From the NCBI RefSeq assembly GCF_009914755.1, contig NC_060941.1: a stretch of 64,000 nt of DNA; one strand, 5' to 3'. Below the pieces are notes generated by a model, which was not told the DNA's origin, made no database searches, and saw only the letters and a program-made list of their open reading frames with translations. Positions within the stretch are counted from its first letter, which is position 1. Every line of letters begins with the position of its first letter. The DNA comes from the human T2T-CHM13v2.0 reference genome, Homo sapiens. The position numbers and the translations under genes were made by a program. This document shows positions 30,469 to 44,763 of the stretch, in pieces.

Positions 30469-31791
30469 AAAGGGGCCCATGAGGAATTCTGCCAGGTGAT
30501 GTCTGCAATACAGAGCCCAGGCTCTAACCGGAGGCAGCCAAGCTCCAGCCATTCCATCTTGAGCTTCTACCATAAGAGGAGCAACCCAGGACATCAGTAG
30601 CCTGGGAAGGAGAGAATGGCATTGTCCACAGGGACCTAAAGCCAGAACACCTGTTTCTGGCTACTTGACCTGAACATCAAGGTTGCAGACTTTGGCTTCA
30701 GCAACTGTTGGCAACAAGCTGAACACCCTCTGGGGCAGCCCCCTTGTGCGATCTGGGAACTCTCCTAAGTCCATAGGCACACTGGTCCACAGTGGTGGTG
30801 TGGAACCTGGAGTCACCCTCTGTAGCCTGGACACCGGGTCCCTGCCTTTTAACGGACACAACTTCAGGAAGCTGCAGCAATGGATCCTGACAGGAATGAA
30901 ACACAACACCTCTTACATATGTGTGGAGGGTGCAAACCCACTGAAAACATTTCTCATCCTCAACTCCAGCAAGAGGGGCACCTCAGAAAAACCCACATTT
31001 GCCCCATGGAGGAACACCAGCAGAGTTTCAGCATGAGAAGGAACCAGAGCCACCCGGATGCTGAGCTCTCCCTAACCCCAAGAGTCCTGGCAAACTGAGC
31101 TCATGTTGTCCATGGCTTGTGAGTGAGACCAGATCCAGGACTCGCTGATGGACCACCGAACTGAACCTGGGCTGTATGCAAACATCCCAGCATGGAGGGC
31201 TCCAGCATCACAGTGAAGGCCCTGCCTTCGGCTGATCCCACCACCATCTGCAATCCTTTCCCTTTCTGCATGACACAGCCTAGGGTCTCTGTGAATCCAA
31301 AGCTGAGGTTTCAGCCATTCCCACCTTTAATTCTTCCTGGAAGAGCAGCAGCCCAGAAAATCAGCTGCCTGGGGAGGACCAGGGTCAAGACAGAAGCCAC
31401 AAGGACAGCCAAGGTGCCTGCCAGTCCCTACCTAACCTGGAAATGAAAACCACCAATTCCAGAACAGCCCCCAGTGTGGCCCTGTGGCACCCCCATGGCA
31501 GCAGCAGCAGTGCAGGCACCGTAAGAAGCCAGTGGCTGCCAGGGCGCATCCTCCAAGGAAACATCCTCCCTAGGCAGCTCCATCAGGTGTGACACTAGCA
31601 GAATTTGCCTGAAGGTGTGACATCAGCCACTCCCCCCTACGAACACCCATGCTTCAGGCCAGTCTGAAAGACCCGGCATGAGCTCAAAGGAGAGTGGGGG
31701 TGAAGAAGCCTCACAGAGTGGACAGGTGAGGGCCAGGAATAAAATGAAGGATGTATGTATGGGTGTGGGGGGTCAAGTGCATCCTGGTGCT

Positions 31792-32025
31792 TTCCATGGA
31801 GCATGCAGACCCCGAGTTCCACAGAGCACGCACACCCTGAGTACCACAGAGCACAAGGATTCTGAGTTCCATGAATCACACAGACCCCAAGTTCCATGGA
31901 GCACAAAGGCCCTGAGACTCCAAGTTCCACAGAGCAAGAAGACTTTGAGTTCCACGGAAAATGAAGACCCTGAGTTTCATGCAAAATGAAGACCCTGAGT
32001 TCCACAGAGCATGCAGACTGCGGGG
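31792..32025 (+). repeat. 25-bp minisatellite, ~9 diverged copies (ttccayrgagcaygmagaccctgag)
   Basis: Direct inspection shows ttcca...gag units at 25-bp periodicity; one unit has an 8-bp insertion. Confidence 0.9.
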
Positions 32026-32164
32026 TTCAATGAAGCTCAACGAGATGATGCAGGAGATCGGCCAGGAGTGGGACACAAAGAGCTGCTGTGTGTGCACAGC
32101 ATGTTTGGTCTTGGGGGCCTTTGGCTGTGGAGGTTGAAGGTGCATAAAATGCGGAGGCATTTGC

Positions 32165-32403
32165 TCAACAGGTTTTCAAAGAAGAGGGCATGCAGCACTT
32201 CTGCACACTCAAAAGCATGCTGGGCGGAAGGTTAAATGACAGCCTGCAGCCAGCTGGGCAACCAGAGGAGAGGCTGGCTGGCCTGTGCCCACCTGGGCAA
32301 AGCTTCAGAGACTGGATGATTTTTTCTGGGGCACTTCTCCCCTCCTCTTCTGGGGTGCTTCTCTTGTCTTTTCTTTCATGTTTGTGGGGCAGGGGAGATG
32401 ATT
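32165..32403 (-). CDS. C17orf51: Coding exon 2 of the C17orf51 ORF (ESSPLPHKHE...MPSSLKTC*)
   Basis: Polypyrimidine tract and acceptor ttttcttatctttgtttatttctacag|AA at 32404/32403. The phase-1 join G+AA gives Glu and keeps the frame open to TGA at 32167-32165, for 142+79=221 aa. Intron is 32404-47860. Confidence 0.8.
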
Positions 32404-32749
32404 CTGTAGAAATAAACAAAGATAAGAAAACTTAATGGCCAGGCATTTAACATCTTATTTTCTGAGCTTCTGCTAATGATGGGTTGTGACTACTGACTTG
32501 AGTGGTTCTCATTAGGTTCATCTTAGAGAACACAGGGTCGTCATTTCCTAGAGCAGGTTGCATAACAATGATATTAACACCAACAGGCACCACCACACGT
32601 GGTTCATTTTTAAATTTATTTTGTAGAGATGAGGTCTCATTATATTGCCCAGGCTGGTCATGATCTCCTGGGCTCAAGCAATCCTTCCACCTCAACCTCC
32701 CAAAGTGCTGGGATTATAGGTGTGAGTCACTGTGTCTGGCCTGGCAGTT

Positions 32750-33558
32750 CCTTATAAAGCTAAGTATACACTTATCATATGTAAGCTGACAACTTATATC
32801 CACACAAAAACTTCCATGTAAATGTTTATGACAGCTTTATTCATAACTGCTAAAACTTGGAGGCAATCAAGATGCCTTTCAATAGGTGAATGGATAAACT
32901 GTTGTGGATTCACACAATGAACTATTATTCCTTGATTTAAAACTGAGCTAACAAGCCATGAAAAGACACACAGGAAACTTAAATGCATATTGGTAAGTGA
33001 AAGGAGCCCACTTGAATGCTATGTACCATAGAATTCCAACCACATGATATTCTGTAAAAGGCAAAACTATGGAAACAGTAAAGACAGCAGAAGTTGCCAG
33101 GGCTGTGGGATGGGGAGGGTGAAAGAAAGGAACAAGTAGCTGAGGCACCAGGGATATTTTAAGACAGTGAAACTATTCTGTATGCTGCATTAATGATGGA
33201 TACATGTCATGTCATTACACATTTCTCAAAATTATAGAAGGTACAATACAAAGAGTGACCTCTGATGAATTTTAGTTAATAATAATGTTTCTACATTGTT
33301 CATCAACTGTAACAAATGTACCACAAGGCAAGACTGTAAGGGTAACAACAGGGCATGTGGGCAGGAGACTGGATAGATGAGAACTCCCTGTACTTTCCAC
33401 TCATTTTTCATGTAAATCTAAAACTGCTCTAAAAAAAAGTCCAATAATTTAAAAAAATCCAAAGGACCATCAAGGGTAGAATGGATAAATAAATTACGGT
33501 ATGTTTGTACAATTGAATAGAATGAATAAACTTGCAAGTTAAATGTAATCCCATGGTG

Positions 33559-33601
<43 letters not shown>

Positions 33602-34773
33602 AGAACATATACAAAAGGAAATGAGGAAATTAAAACATTACCAAAAATCAATTAAATACAAAAGAAGACAGTATGCAGGAAATGAAGGACAAAAAAGCTA
33701 CAAGGCATATAAACAACCAACAGTATATGACAGAAATAAATCCCTCCTTATCAGTAAATAAACAAAACCACAAGTTGGTTTTTGAAAAGGTGAACAAAAC
33801 TGACAAAACTTTAGCTAGATTGACTAAGAAAAAGAGACTCAAAGCCAAAAATAAAAGTGGGGCATTATTACGAATTCTACAGAAATAAAGAATTATAAGA
33901 GGTGTATTATAAACAACTATTTGCCAACAAATAGGACAGTCTAGATAAAATAGACAAGTTCTTAGGTATACAAAACCTACTAGGACTGAATCATGAAAAA
34001 ACAGAAAATTAGAATAGACCCCGTAAATACTAAGAAGACTGAATCAGTCATCAAAAACTTTCTGACAAAGAAAGGCCCTGAATCAGATGGCTTCACTGGT
34101 GAATCTTATCAAACATTTAAATAACACTAATCCAACTCTTCTAAAAAATTGAAAATCAGAGAGCATTTCTAAACTCATTCTATGAGGTCAGCATTACCCT
34201 GATACCAAAGTCAGAAAAAAAAGTAGACAAGAAAACTAGAGACACATATCACTTCCCTGATGCATACCAATGCAGAAATCCTCAACAAAATACCAACAAA
34301 CTACATTCAGCAGCATATTAAAATAATTATACACTATGACCAAGTAGAATTTATTCTTGGAATGCAAGGATGGTTGAACATTCAAACGTCACTGCATGAG
34401 GAGAATGGAGTGGTAAATCACATGATTATCTCAACTGATGTAGAAAAAGCATCTGACAAAATTTAAACACCCTTCCATGAAAAAACACTCAGCAAATGCA
34501 GAGGGGATGGAAGCTACCTCAATATAATAAAGACCATATATGAAAAACGCACACTAACATCATACTTAATGGTGAAAGACTGACAGGTTTTCTACTAAGA
34601 TAGGAACAGAGGAAGGAGACCTGCTTTCACCACTTCTATTCAAAATGGCTTAGAAGTTCTGGCCAGAACAATTAGGCAAGAAGAATAAACAAATGGCATC
34701 CAAACTGAAAAGAAAGAGGTAAAATTATATTTGTTTGCAGATGATATGATCTTAGATGTAGAAAACCCTAAAG

Positions 34774-34808
<35 letters not shown>

Positions 34809-37500
34809 GTTAGAATAAACAAATTCAGCTGAATGGTAGGATACAAAATCAGTGCACAAAAATCAGCTGTGTTTCTAAATACTAATAATGAATAATCTGA
34901 AAAGGAAATTAAGAAAATTCTATTTACAATAGCATCAAAAAGAATAAAATACTTAGGAATTAACTAAACCAAGAATGTAAAAATCCCAATGATGTGCTGG
35001 GCAAAACAGAAAAATTCATCCTAAAATTCACATAAAATTTCAGGATCCAGAATAGCCCAAACAATCCTGAAAAAGAACAATGTTGGAGGACGCATACTTC
35101 CTGATTTCAAAACTTAGTACAAAGCTACAGAAATCAAAACAATGTGGTGCTGGCATAAAGACAGACATATAGATGAACAGAATAGACTAGAGAGCCCCAA
35201 AATAAACTCTCACATATATTGCCAAGTGATTCTTGACAACTCAACAACAACAAACAACCCAATTGATTCATCTGTGTTGTATATGTTCTATAATCCTATT
35301 TATATGATATTTTAGAAAAGGCAGTATTATAGGGATAGAAAATGATTAGTGGTTGCCAAAGAATGCGGTTGGGGAAGCGGTTGACTACAAAGAGGCGTCA
35401 ACAATAGAGAATTTTAGAGATGATGAGACAGTTGTGTTACTGTGAACGTGAATGTATAACTCTATACAGTTGTCAAAACTCATGAAACTGTATGTTACAA
35501 AGAATGAATTTTATTCTATGTAAATTTAAAAATCAACAAAGATGGTGGGCGGGTCAGATGGAATGCAGTTGGTGACAAATGAATCTTACTGAGTTAAAAA
35601 TTATGACTAACCCATATTGAAGAGTGTGGGGGAAAAAAGTCTTCACCTAAGTAACCTTTGAAAATACTGTTTTGACTGCATACTGTAAGACTCAAGAACT
35701 GCACACAAACATACTGTATTCTGGTTGGCAAATTTGTTTCAGGGTATGGGTGAGCAATTCTGAAATGATTTTCCATGTTAGCAAATATATTTTAGAGAAT
35801 TAGAGCCCAGTTTCTCTCTGTAGGTGAAAGAGTTATAAATAAACAAAGGGAGAATGCTAGAATAAACCCTAAGGTGCTGGACTGGAGTTAGGAATGTCAG
35901 TATGAACCCATGTCTATTTTAATGTATCTGTTTAGATGGACAGATGTAGATAGGTAGATGCTGAGTTTGTATTCATGCATACATGTTTGGAAACATTCAC
36001 ATTTTTCCAAACTATGCTGAGAGGGCCTCGAAGCAGTGATATCCCAGTATTAATGAGCACACCCAGTACCCAGATCCTGGTTTCTAAATACCATTCTCCT
36101 ATAAAAGAAACCAAGGCTTCTTGGAGAAATGACTAATTCTAGGCCTGCCATGAAAAACACAAGATGAGACTAGAGCAACTTGCAGTGCCAGAAAATAAGA
36201 AAGTGCTTTTAAAAAACATAAAAGGGTGGGGACATGTCAAAAGAAGCCAACCTGGAAGAGCTCTCTATGACTCAAGGTGGAACAATGTGAGTGGCAAACA
36301 GTTATGACAGCACTAAATTGTAACCAAGAACATAAAATAAATATCCACAAGTCCATACTGATATAGAAAAGATTACATAAATCAGGAAGGAAAGACAAAT
36401 CTTCCTTGCAGAAGAATTCCAAGTAATAAATGTTGAAGGAGCACAAATAGAAAACTACCACTAGAACACCACAGTAATCATTACTGCAGGAAAGAGTCAT
36501 CAACGAATGCAAAAATTGTGGATGAAGAAACAGTATGTTTCTGTGGCCTCAAAACATCTCCCTCCAAATATTTATTATATATTTTTCTTTTTTTTCCTCT
36601 TAATTTCACCTAAAGATCTATGACTAAAGCAAATATAACACTGTGTTGTGGGGTTTATGACATGTGCAGATGTAAAATTTATGGCAACGACAGCACAAAG
36701 GATAGGAGATAAATGGTGCTATTCTGTAGCAAGTTTTTCTATTTTACACTCACTGTAACAGTACAATATTAACTCTAAACTGTGAGAATGTTAATGATGC
36801 ACACTGTAATCCTTGGAGGAACTGCTAAAAAATGAAAAAATGTGTCACTTCAATGCTAATAAAGGAATACAACAATACAAAAAAGTACTTGTATAAGAAT
36901 GTTCATAGATCTTTACTATTATGATAGCCCAAAACAGGAAATAACCCAAATATTCATCAACAGAGAAATGTATGAACAAACCATGGTGCATTCATACAAC
37001 AGAATACTATTCAGCAATACAAAGGGACAAACTACTAAAACACACACTATGGAGGTGTTTCACAAATATTATGCTGAGACTGCTGGACATAAAAATGTAT
37101 ATTTTATGATTTCAAGCAAAATGAACTTACAGTTAAAAAACCCCCACAACAGTACTTTCCTCTGGGGGAGTTAAAAATTGCCTAGGAATGAGCATGAGGG
37201 TGTTTTCTGGGGATGATGGAAATATTCCATTCTGAAAAGAGGTGAAGGTTATATGGGTGTATTTATTTTTCAAAGCTGTACAATTAAGATTTGTGCCTTT
37301 CAATGCATGTGTATCTTACCTCACCAAAAAAGAACTAAAAAAAAAAATAAAGTGAGGGGTAGTAGGGAAAGGGCTGAGGTACAGAAGAAACAAAAATGGC
37401 ACATGATTATTAGCTGTTGAAGCTGGGTCACGGCTCTATTATACAATTTTGTTCATTTTTTATATATTTAAATTTTTCTGTAACGAAAAGACTTGCACAG
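32750..37500 (+). mobile_element. Cluster of old L1 (L1M) fragments, including ORF2 remnants (~33620-35240)
   Basis: ORF-track peptides such as [35 protein letters not shown] and [13 protein letters not shown] are L1 ORF2 RT-like; A-rich. Confidence 0.85.
33561..33598. repeat. (CA)n microsatellite
   Basis: Direct inspection; a second one lies at 34777-34806. Confidence 0.95.
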
Positions 37501-40500
37501 AAAGACAAAACTGATCTGTAATGTCAGCTGTTAAGACACTGGTACATTTGAAGAGGAGGGAGGCAGAAAGCGCTTGTGGGCCACATGAGTGAGGCTGCTT
37601 CTATTTCTTGGTTACCCACGTGTATCAATTTTGTCATAATATATATTGAGCTTAAGTAAATGCTTTATGCACGTATTTCTATATGCATGTTATATATCAA
37701 CAAAATAGTTAAATACCACATATTTGCACACATAACTTAGTATCTCAGAGTAACAGCAGTGTTTTTTGTTTCAAAGTGGGACACTTCCACTCACAGCATC
37801 ATCAGATGAACTGTAATATTCTGATGTATCTATTAGTGTCCTAACCCTTGGGTGAGACCCCCTAGGTCTTCCCATTTCTGCCTCAATTTGGTAAGTAGTA
37901 AGACTCTTATTTCTGACGATGTGATTTTATTTCCCAGCAAAGTCCTCCCCAAACCAAGGCCACAATAACTAGCACGGTGCTCTGCACATCATATGCACTC
38001 AGCACTTGTGAAATTGAGTTGAATCAGAAACAAAACGAGGAGCAGAGGTCAAGTCCTGCAAAAGATAGTAAGTAAGTAAGTAATGTAAATAACGCAATTA
38101 AGACTGAAAGGCTACAGCTCGGCAGCAAAGACTTCACATTCGTTTAAGAAACCATTTGCTACTAGTTCATCAAAAGACGTTGGTTTCATGCTGTGGTTCT
38201 CAATTCTGGCCACACATTGTAACCAGTTGGAGAGCTTTAAACAGCAAGGATGTCTGGATCCTACCCCAGGGATTCTGATTTCACTGGTCTGTTGCAACTT
38301 GGGTTTTGGGAATTTTAAAAGCCCCCTGCCACCCAGGTGATTGTAAGGTGCATCAGGGGTGAGAACCTTAGCTGTGCCTGATTTCCTTGTGTGCTGCGGG
38401 GATTTGCCTCATCGCAGCATCTCAGCTTTGCGGGGAGGGGTGGTGGGCAGTCTTAGAAAACAGCTCTGCCCTGTTAAAATCAAAGGACGGCTCAAGACGT
38501 GCTCAGCTGCTTGACTAAATTGCAGCAGGAGGAAATGTCTTTTCAGCAGATCTATCTTTACATCACTTGCTTTCAGAGTAAGAGGTTGTTTTGGGCACAG
38601 CATTTTGATTTAGTCTGTGTTGAAGACCAGTAATAGCCTACAAATACCAAAATGGGATGAAAAGAATTTCCAAACATGTGAAGTGCTTTATACGTGTTTC
38701 TTCATCCTTCCCTGTGTCTACACCCTTTGCAATGCGCTTTTACAGCTGCTCCCATCCAGAGTTAGAATCTGTTTCCCAAGACTTGGATCCAGCTGGCAGT
38801 TTTGGGCCCAGTCTCAAAAGGTCTTGAATGCTTCTTCCTTTTCTTTCAGAACCGTGCTATCTCCGTGACAACAAGCCCAAGTTAGCCTGCTAGAGGATGA
38901 AACACTTTGCGGAAGAGAACCAAAGTTGCCCAGTCCACAAGCCAACTCACTCTCAACAGCAGAGCTGTCTGGTCACCAGCAGCTGACCCCCTTCTCCCAT
39001 ACACACACATGAAGATTGCTATACCTTATAAAGGTACGGCAGGTTTTATAGGTATAGCAATTAATTTATGGCAGGAGCCTGCCATAAATTGCTGACTTGC
39101 TCAATCATGAGCTAAATAAGTTTTGGGATGGCTCATTACACAGTAACAGCTAACTAACACACCCAGAGCTGACAGGATGCCAGGATTAACAACATGCTGA
39201 CTACAAGTTAGCTGGCACACTATAGGGACCGTCTAGGTACTGAATTCCTTTTCCCCTTATTAGAAGTTGGGTCCCTTGAATTATAAAGAAATGCATGTAG
39301 ACATGTATGTGCTTAAAACTCACACAGTATCACACAACACAGGAGGAAATAGATGACAGCCTGACCACTAGGGCAAAGGCCAAATAGCAAGGTAAGGCAT
39401 TTGTCTGGAATCTATTCCCTCCAAATCTAAACTCTGGAGGTCAAGGCTGTGGACAGGACCCACCTCCTGGGACCCCGCTGTCCTCTGATCTCTGGAGGGG
39501 AGAATGGCCCCACCAAGCAGCAGATGGGCAGCAGTGGCCTACCTGTGGCCACCTCCTGCTGGCAGCCCCTGCTCTCTCAGGGCACTCTCTCTTCCTTTGG
39601 GACTGAGAAGAGATGTGGGTAGGGAGGGGGAGCTCCCTCCCTCCTGGCAGAGAAGTGGGGTTCAGGCCCTTCACCTTCCTGAGTTCAGGGAGTCAGAGCC
39701 CTCAGAACATCTGGAATCTGGCTGCTTTGAACTGAGATATGCTAGAAGTGTAAAATATGGAGTGAGTTTTAAAGATTTAGGACAAAGAAATGTAAAACGT
39801 TTCATTAGTATTTTTATACTGATCACACATTAAAATGATATTTTGGATACATCGGGTCAAATAAATTATATTATTACAAATCAATTCCATCTGTTTCTCT
39901 TTAGTTTCCTTAACCTGGCTAGTAGAAAATTTAAAACTACAGGCAGGCATAGCTCATATTCTGTTTATATTGGACACGGCTGTCTTAAAGGACTGCCTCC
40001 TTTCCGAAGCTCAGGCTGCCTCCAGTCATGGTGAAAGGGGAAGTGGAGCAAAGAAGAAAGGAGGTGGGGTGCCACGCGCTTTCACAACAACCAGCTCTCA
40101 TGTTCCATAGAGCAAGAACTCACTCACTACCACCAGGACAGCACCAAGCCATTCCTGAAGGATCTGTCCCCAAGACCCAAACACCTCTCACTAGGCCCCC
40201 CTTTCAACATTGGGAATCAAATTTCTTTCTTTCTTTCTTTTTTTTTTTTGCTAGAGGACAGGAAGGTTATAAAATCTGAAAATTTTAAATAATTTGTCAT
40301 TTTGTTGTTTCCATTTGTGAACAAAGGACTTAATAAAAAATTTAAGATTTAACATTAAAATAAAATACATTCATTTCAATATCACGCTGGAATTCAACAT
40401 TGTTTTGCACGGGGGCTGCAGAAACAATGTAGAGCTTCTTCCTCCTCCAGACCCTCACAGCTCAGCAAGCCTCTCAAGGGCTGGTTGCTGGCCACTGCGT

Positions 40501-41277
40501 TTCCAGTTTTTGTAGGTTCTCTTCCTCCCAGGTGATTAAGGAACAAGGCCAAAGGTGTTTGAAGCTTTCAGAAAACACAGGATTTTTCTTTCTGTGGCTC
40601 ACCAGCATTTTCATTTCTATATCAGCAACACCATATGCAGGCCACAGCTGAGCCAAAACACATAATGAATTGAGTCTGAAATCAAATTGTACCTAATATT
40701 TACAGCCATGTGCATTACTAAAAAGGGGCATATCTTCCAACAATTCCAGTAAGTTCCCAAGACTTAGTTCACACTGGGTACTAGCCTGTGATGGTGCCCC
40801 TGTGCTTGTTACTGGGGGCAAAATGGGACAGTGTTTGCTGAGTTCATGGCTGAGGGGCTGCGGTGCGATGCAGAGAGCAAAACTTCCCACTGAATAACAC
40901 TCCTATGTGAGAGCGGCATGGCGGCCAAGGTCAGCTGGCTCAAGGCAACTGCCTCCTTTTTTCCTAACAAGCAACATTTTCAGGGAAAAACCCCAGCTTC
41001 AATGTAGGAAGGTTTTGATGGTGGCTCAGGCCTCGGACTGAATTAAAAAGGAATAAGGAGATAAAATCCATATTTTAATTATAAACAAATGTCTCACTGA
41101 AAAAATTCCAGACCCATAAATCCATCTATGTATTAGTTATTGGAGTAATTTAAAATGTGAGGAAATTATAAAGTGTGTGTCCCTTATTATATATTTCTTC
41201 CCCCCACCACTTTTTGAACATCTAAAGTTCCTAACACATAGATACTCTTTTATGAGGAAAAAAAAACCTGTTGACAT

Positions 41278-42300
<1,023 letters not shown>

Positions 42301-43550
42301 GACATCAATGTGAATATTTAATATTGGAAAATTTTTTTTCATTTTCTATTTTGTCTGTATAGCTAACATTAAAGAAGCCAAAGATATAGAATGCTACATC
42401 TCAGATATTGCATTTTGTAAAAAACATGAAGGTAAAATCTTTGTTTCTTCAATTACTAATCAATGATAGTTGTACTTTGCCCATTCTATGCAGAATACAG
42501 TTCCATGAACCGTGGGGAGATGGAAAATAACCATGTCCCAGCCTTCCAGGCAAGTCCCTGGAAGGAATGGCTTGGTGCTCTCCCAGTGGTAGTGAGTGAG
42601 TTCTTGCTCTATGAAACATGAGAGCTGGTTGTTTGAAAGCGCGTGGCACCCCTGGTGCCTGGAAGGCTGGGACAGGTAAGATTGCATCTCTGTGCTCTGC
42701 AGTGTCTGTCACACAGCAGGCACTTAATGAGAAGGCTGCTGAATGAAAGAATACTTCCAACCAGCTTGGAGCCCAAATGCAGGTTCTCCCTGAAGTTCTG
42801 ACCTCACGTTGTGGGCACTGTGGGCTTCCATGCACATGTCCACACCACCCGTGCACCCACTTCCTTCCTGGACCTGAGCAGAGCCCCACTTTCCAGCTCC
42901 TGCCTGTGAGGGGATAACCAGGCCCCTGGGACCCACAGCTCCAGCAGCTGGAATTCAGAGTTTATGACCTGCTGTTTTCCACATTCCCCCTCCCTCCCCC
43001 TCAGGACCTGCACCCCACTGCACGGCACCTTCTATTCTGCTGTCATGGCCCAGAGCTCTGTTCATCTGCTTCAAGCAGCTCTCCACCCCGCTTCCTCCCT
43101 CCCCTCCTGCTGGATCTCTTTCTTTCATTGGTTCTTGTCCCGTTCCCTCAGTAAAAGAACTCTCCTTCCAATCTGCCTCATTCACATTCACTTGGGAACC
43201 AAAAATTCACCCCACAGCTTAGTATTCCCAGTTGTGGAAAAATTCAGGCACCTTCTGGATGAGACAAATGTGAAGAAGCCAGACATGAAAAAACACTTAT
43301 ATGGATTGATTTATATGAAATGCCCAGGGAAGAAAAATCTATTGAGATGGAAACTAGATTTGTGATTGCTTACAGCTGGGGTAGGGGTGGGGGAACAGGG
43401 TGATAGCTAAAAGGTACAGGACTAATAAAAATGTTGTAAACTTAACCATGGTTTTGGTTGCACATATCTGTGATTATACTAAACCCTAGCAGATCATAAG
43501 GTATGTGAATTTTTCCTCAATAAAGCTGTTTAAAAATAAAAAAAAAATTA

Positions 43551-43843
43551 GGCTGGGCACAGCAACTTACCCTGTAATACCAGCACTTGGGGAGGCTGAG
43601 GCAGGAGGATTGTTTGAGGCTAGGAGTTCAAGACCAGCCTGGACAATAGAGTGAGACCCCATCTCTACAAAAGATTTAAAAAATTTAGCCAAGCATGGTG
43701 GTGCGCACTTGTAGTCCTAGGTACTTAGGAGGCTGATGTGGGAGGATCACTTGAGCCTGAGAGGTGAAGGCTGCAGTGAGCCGTGATCATGCTACTGCAA
43801 TCCAGCCTGGGAGACAGAGAAACATCCCAACTCAAAAAAAAAA
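43551..43843 (+). mobile_element. AluJ
   Basis: Diverged dimer with poly(A). Confidence 0.9.
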
Positions 43844-44489
43844 TTATTACGAACTATTTTATACATACAAAATTACACAGACACACACACATACACAGAC
43901 TCACATAAAAGTAAAATAAATACATTGTACCCATCACCTGCACCACTACATTTGAAGCCATCTGCATGGTTGGCCCTTCTGAAATGTAACCCCATCTGGG
44001 ACAATCATTCATCTGAAGCTTTACAAAAAGTATTTCCCTGACTTTCATTATACTTTTATTACATAATAATATCTCTAAATAATATATTGTTTCTCTAAAT
44101 AATATACTGTTTAACTTTGTAAGTTTTTACACTTTCTATAAATGTGCTGTGTATCTCTGTAACTTGCATTACTCATTCCACATTGTATTTTCGAGAGCCT
44201 TCTATGTTTTAAGTAGTTTCTCATTCAATTCTATATATTGCTTACTAATTAGCCTTTAAATTGAATATACTAAGACCTGCTGGAGAGAGAATTCTTGTGG
44301 GATAATGAGTATAAAGTGCTTAAAGCAGTGCCCCATTCATTATAGGTATTCAATATATGTAATACTATACACAATATTTTAATACTGAGTAATTATATAC
44401 ATATTATGATTGCTTGTTTCTTTGTGGATGTACATTATTTCATCAACTGCACTATGAACTAATAGTTTTCTTTCTTCTAGGGGAGGGGG

Positions 44490-44763
44490 CGGGGTCTGGC
44501 ACTGTTGCCCAGGCTGAAGTACACTGGTGCGATCACGGCTCACTGCAGCCTAGACCTCCCGGGCTCAAGGATCCTCCCACCTCAGCCTCCTGAGTAGCTG
44601 TGTCTATCAGCAGTGCCACCACTCCCAGCTAATTTTTAAATTTTTTGTAGAGATGGGGTTTCACCATGTTGCCCAGGCTGGTCTCTAACTCCTAGCTCAA
44701 GTGATCTGCCCACCTTAACCTCCCAAAGTGCTGGGATTACCGCTGTAAGCCATTATGCTGGGC
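44490..44763 (-). mobile_element. AluJ
   Basis: Antisense diverged dimer. Confidence 0.9.

Larger units (their letters stand above)
29660..32250 (+). pseudogene. Old MARK2-like Ser/Thr kinase processed pseudogene (kinase, UBA, spacer and KA1 remnants)
   Basis: Collinear intronless remnants: HILPGETVAV (~HILTGKEVAV), KLFEV..MEHSSGGEV.DY, HGHMKEKGAHEEFCQVMSAIQ (~[21 protein letters not shown]), IVHRDLKPE, NIKVADFGFSN, GSLPFNG, FLILNSSKRGT, TELMLSM..IQDSL (UBA), ITVKALPSAD, FPWSMQT, NEMMQEI, LLCVH..W..KV (KA1). Many frameshifts and stops. Confidence 0.9.

Noticed and set aside
30683-31036. Kinase-like ORF as an active kinase
   Set aside because: Fragment of a frameshifted, LTR-interrupted MARK2 retrocopy.
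31792-32025. CRISPR-like array
   Set aside because: Contiguous tandem units without unique spacers, in primate DNA with no cas genes.
40238-40900. Poly(T) followed by unique sequence, suggesting a minus-strand processed pseudogene
   Set aside because: The T tract is explained by the inverted copy of the Alu tail, and no parent gene was recognised.
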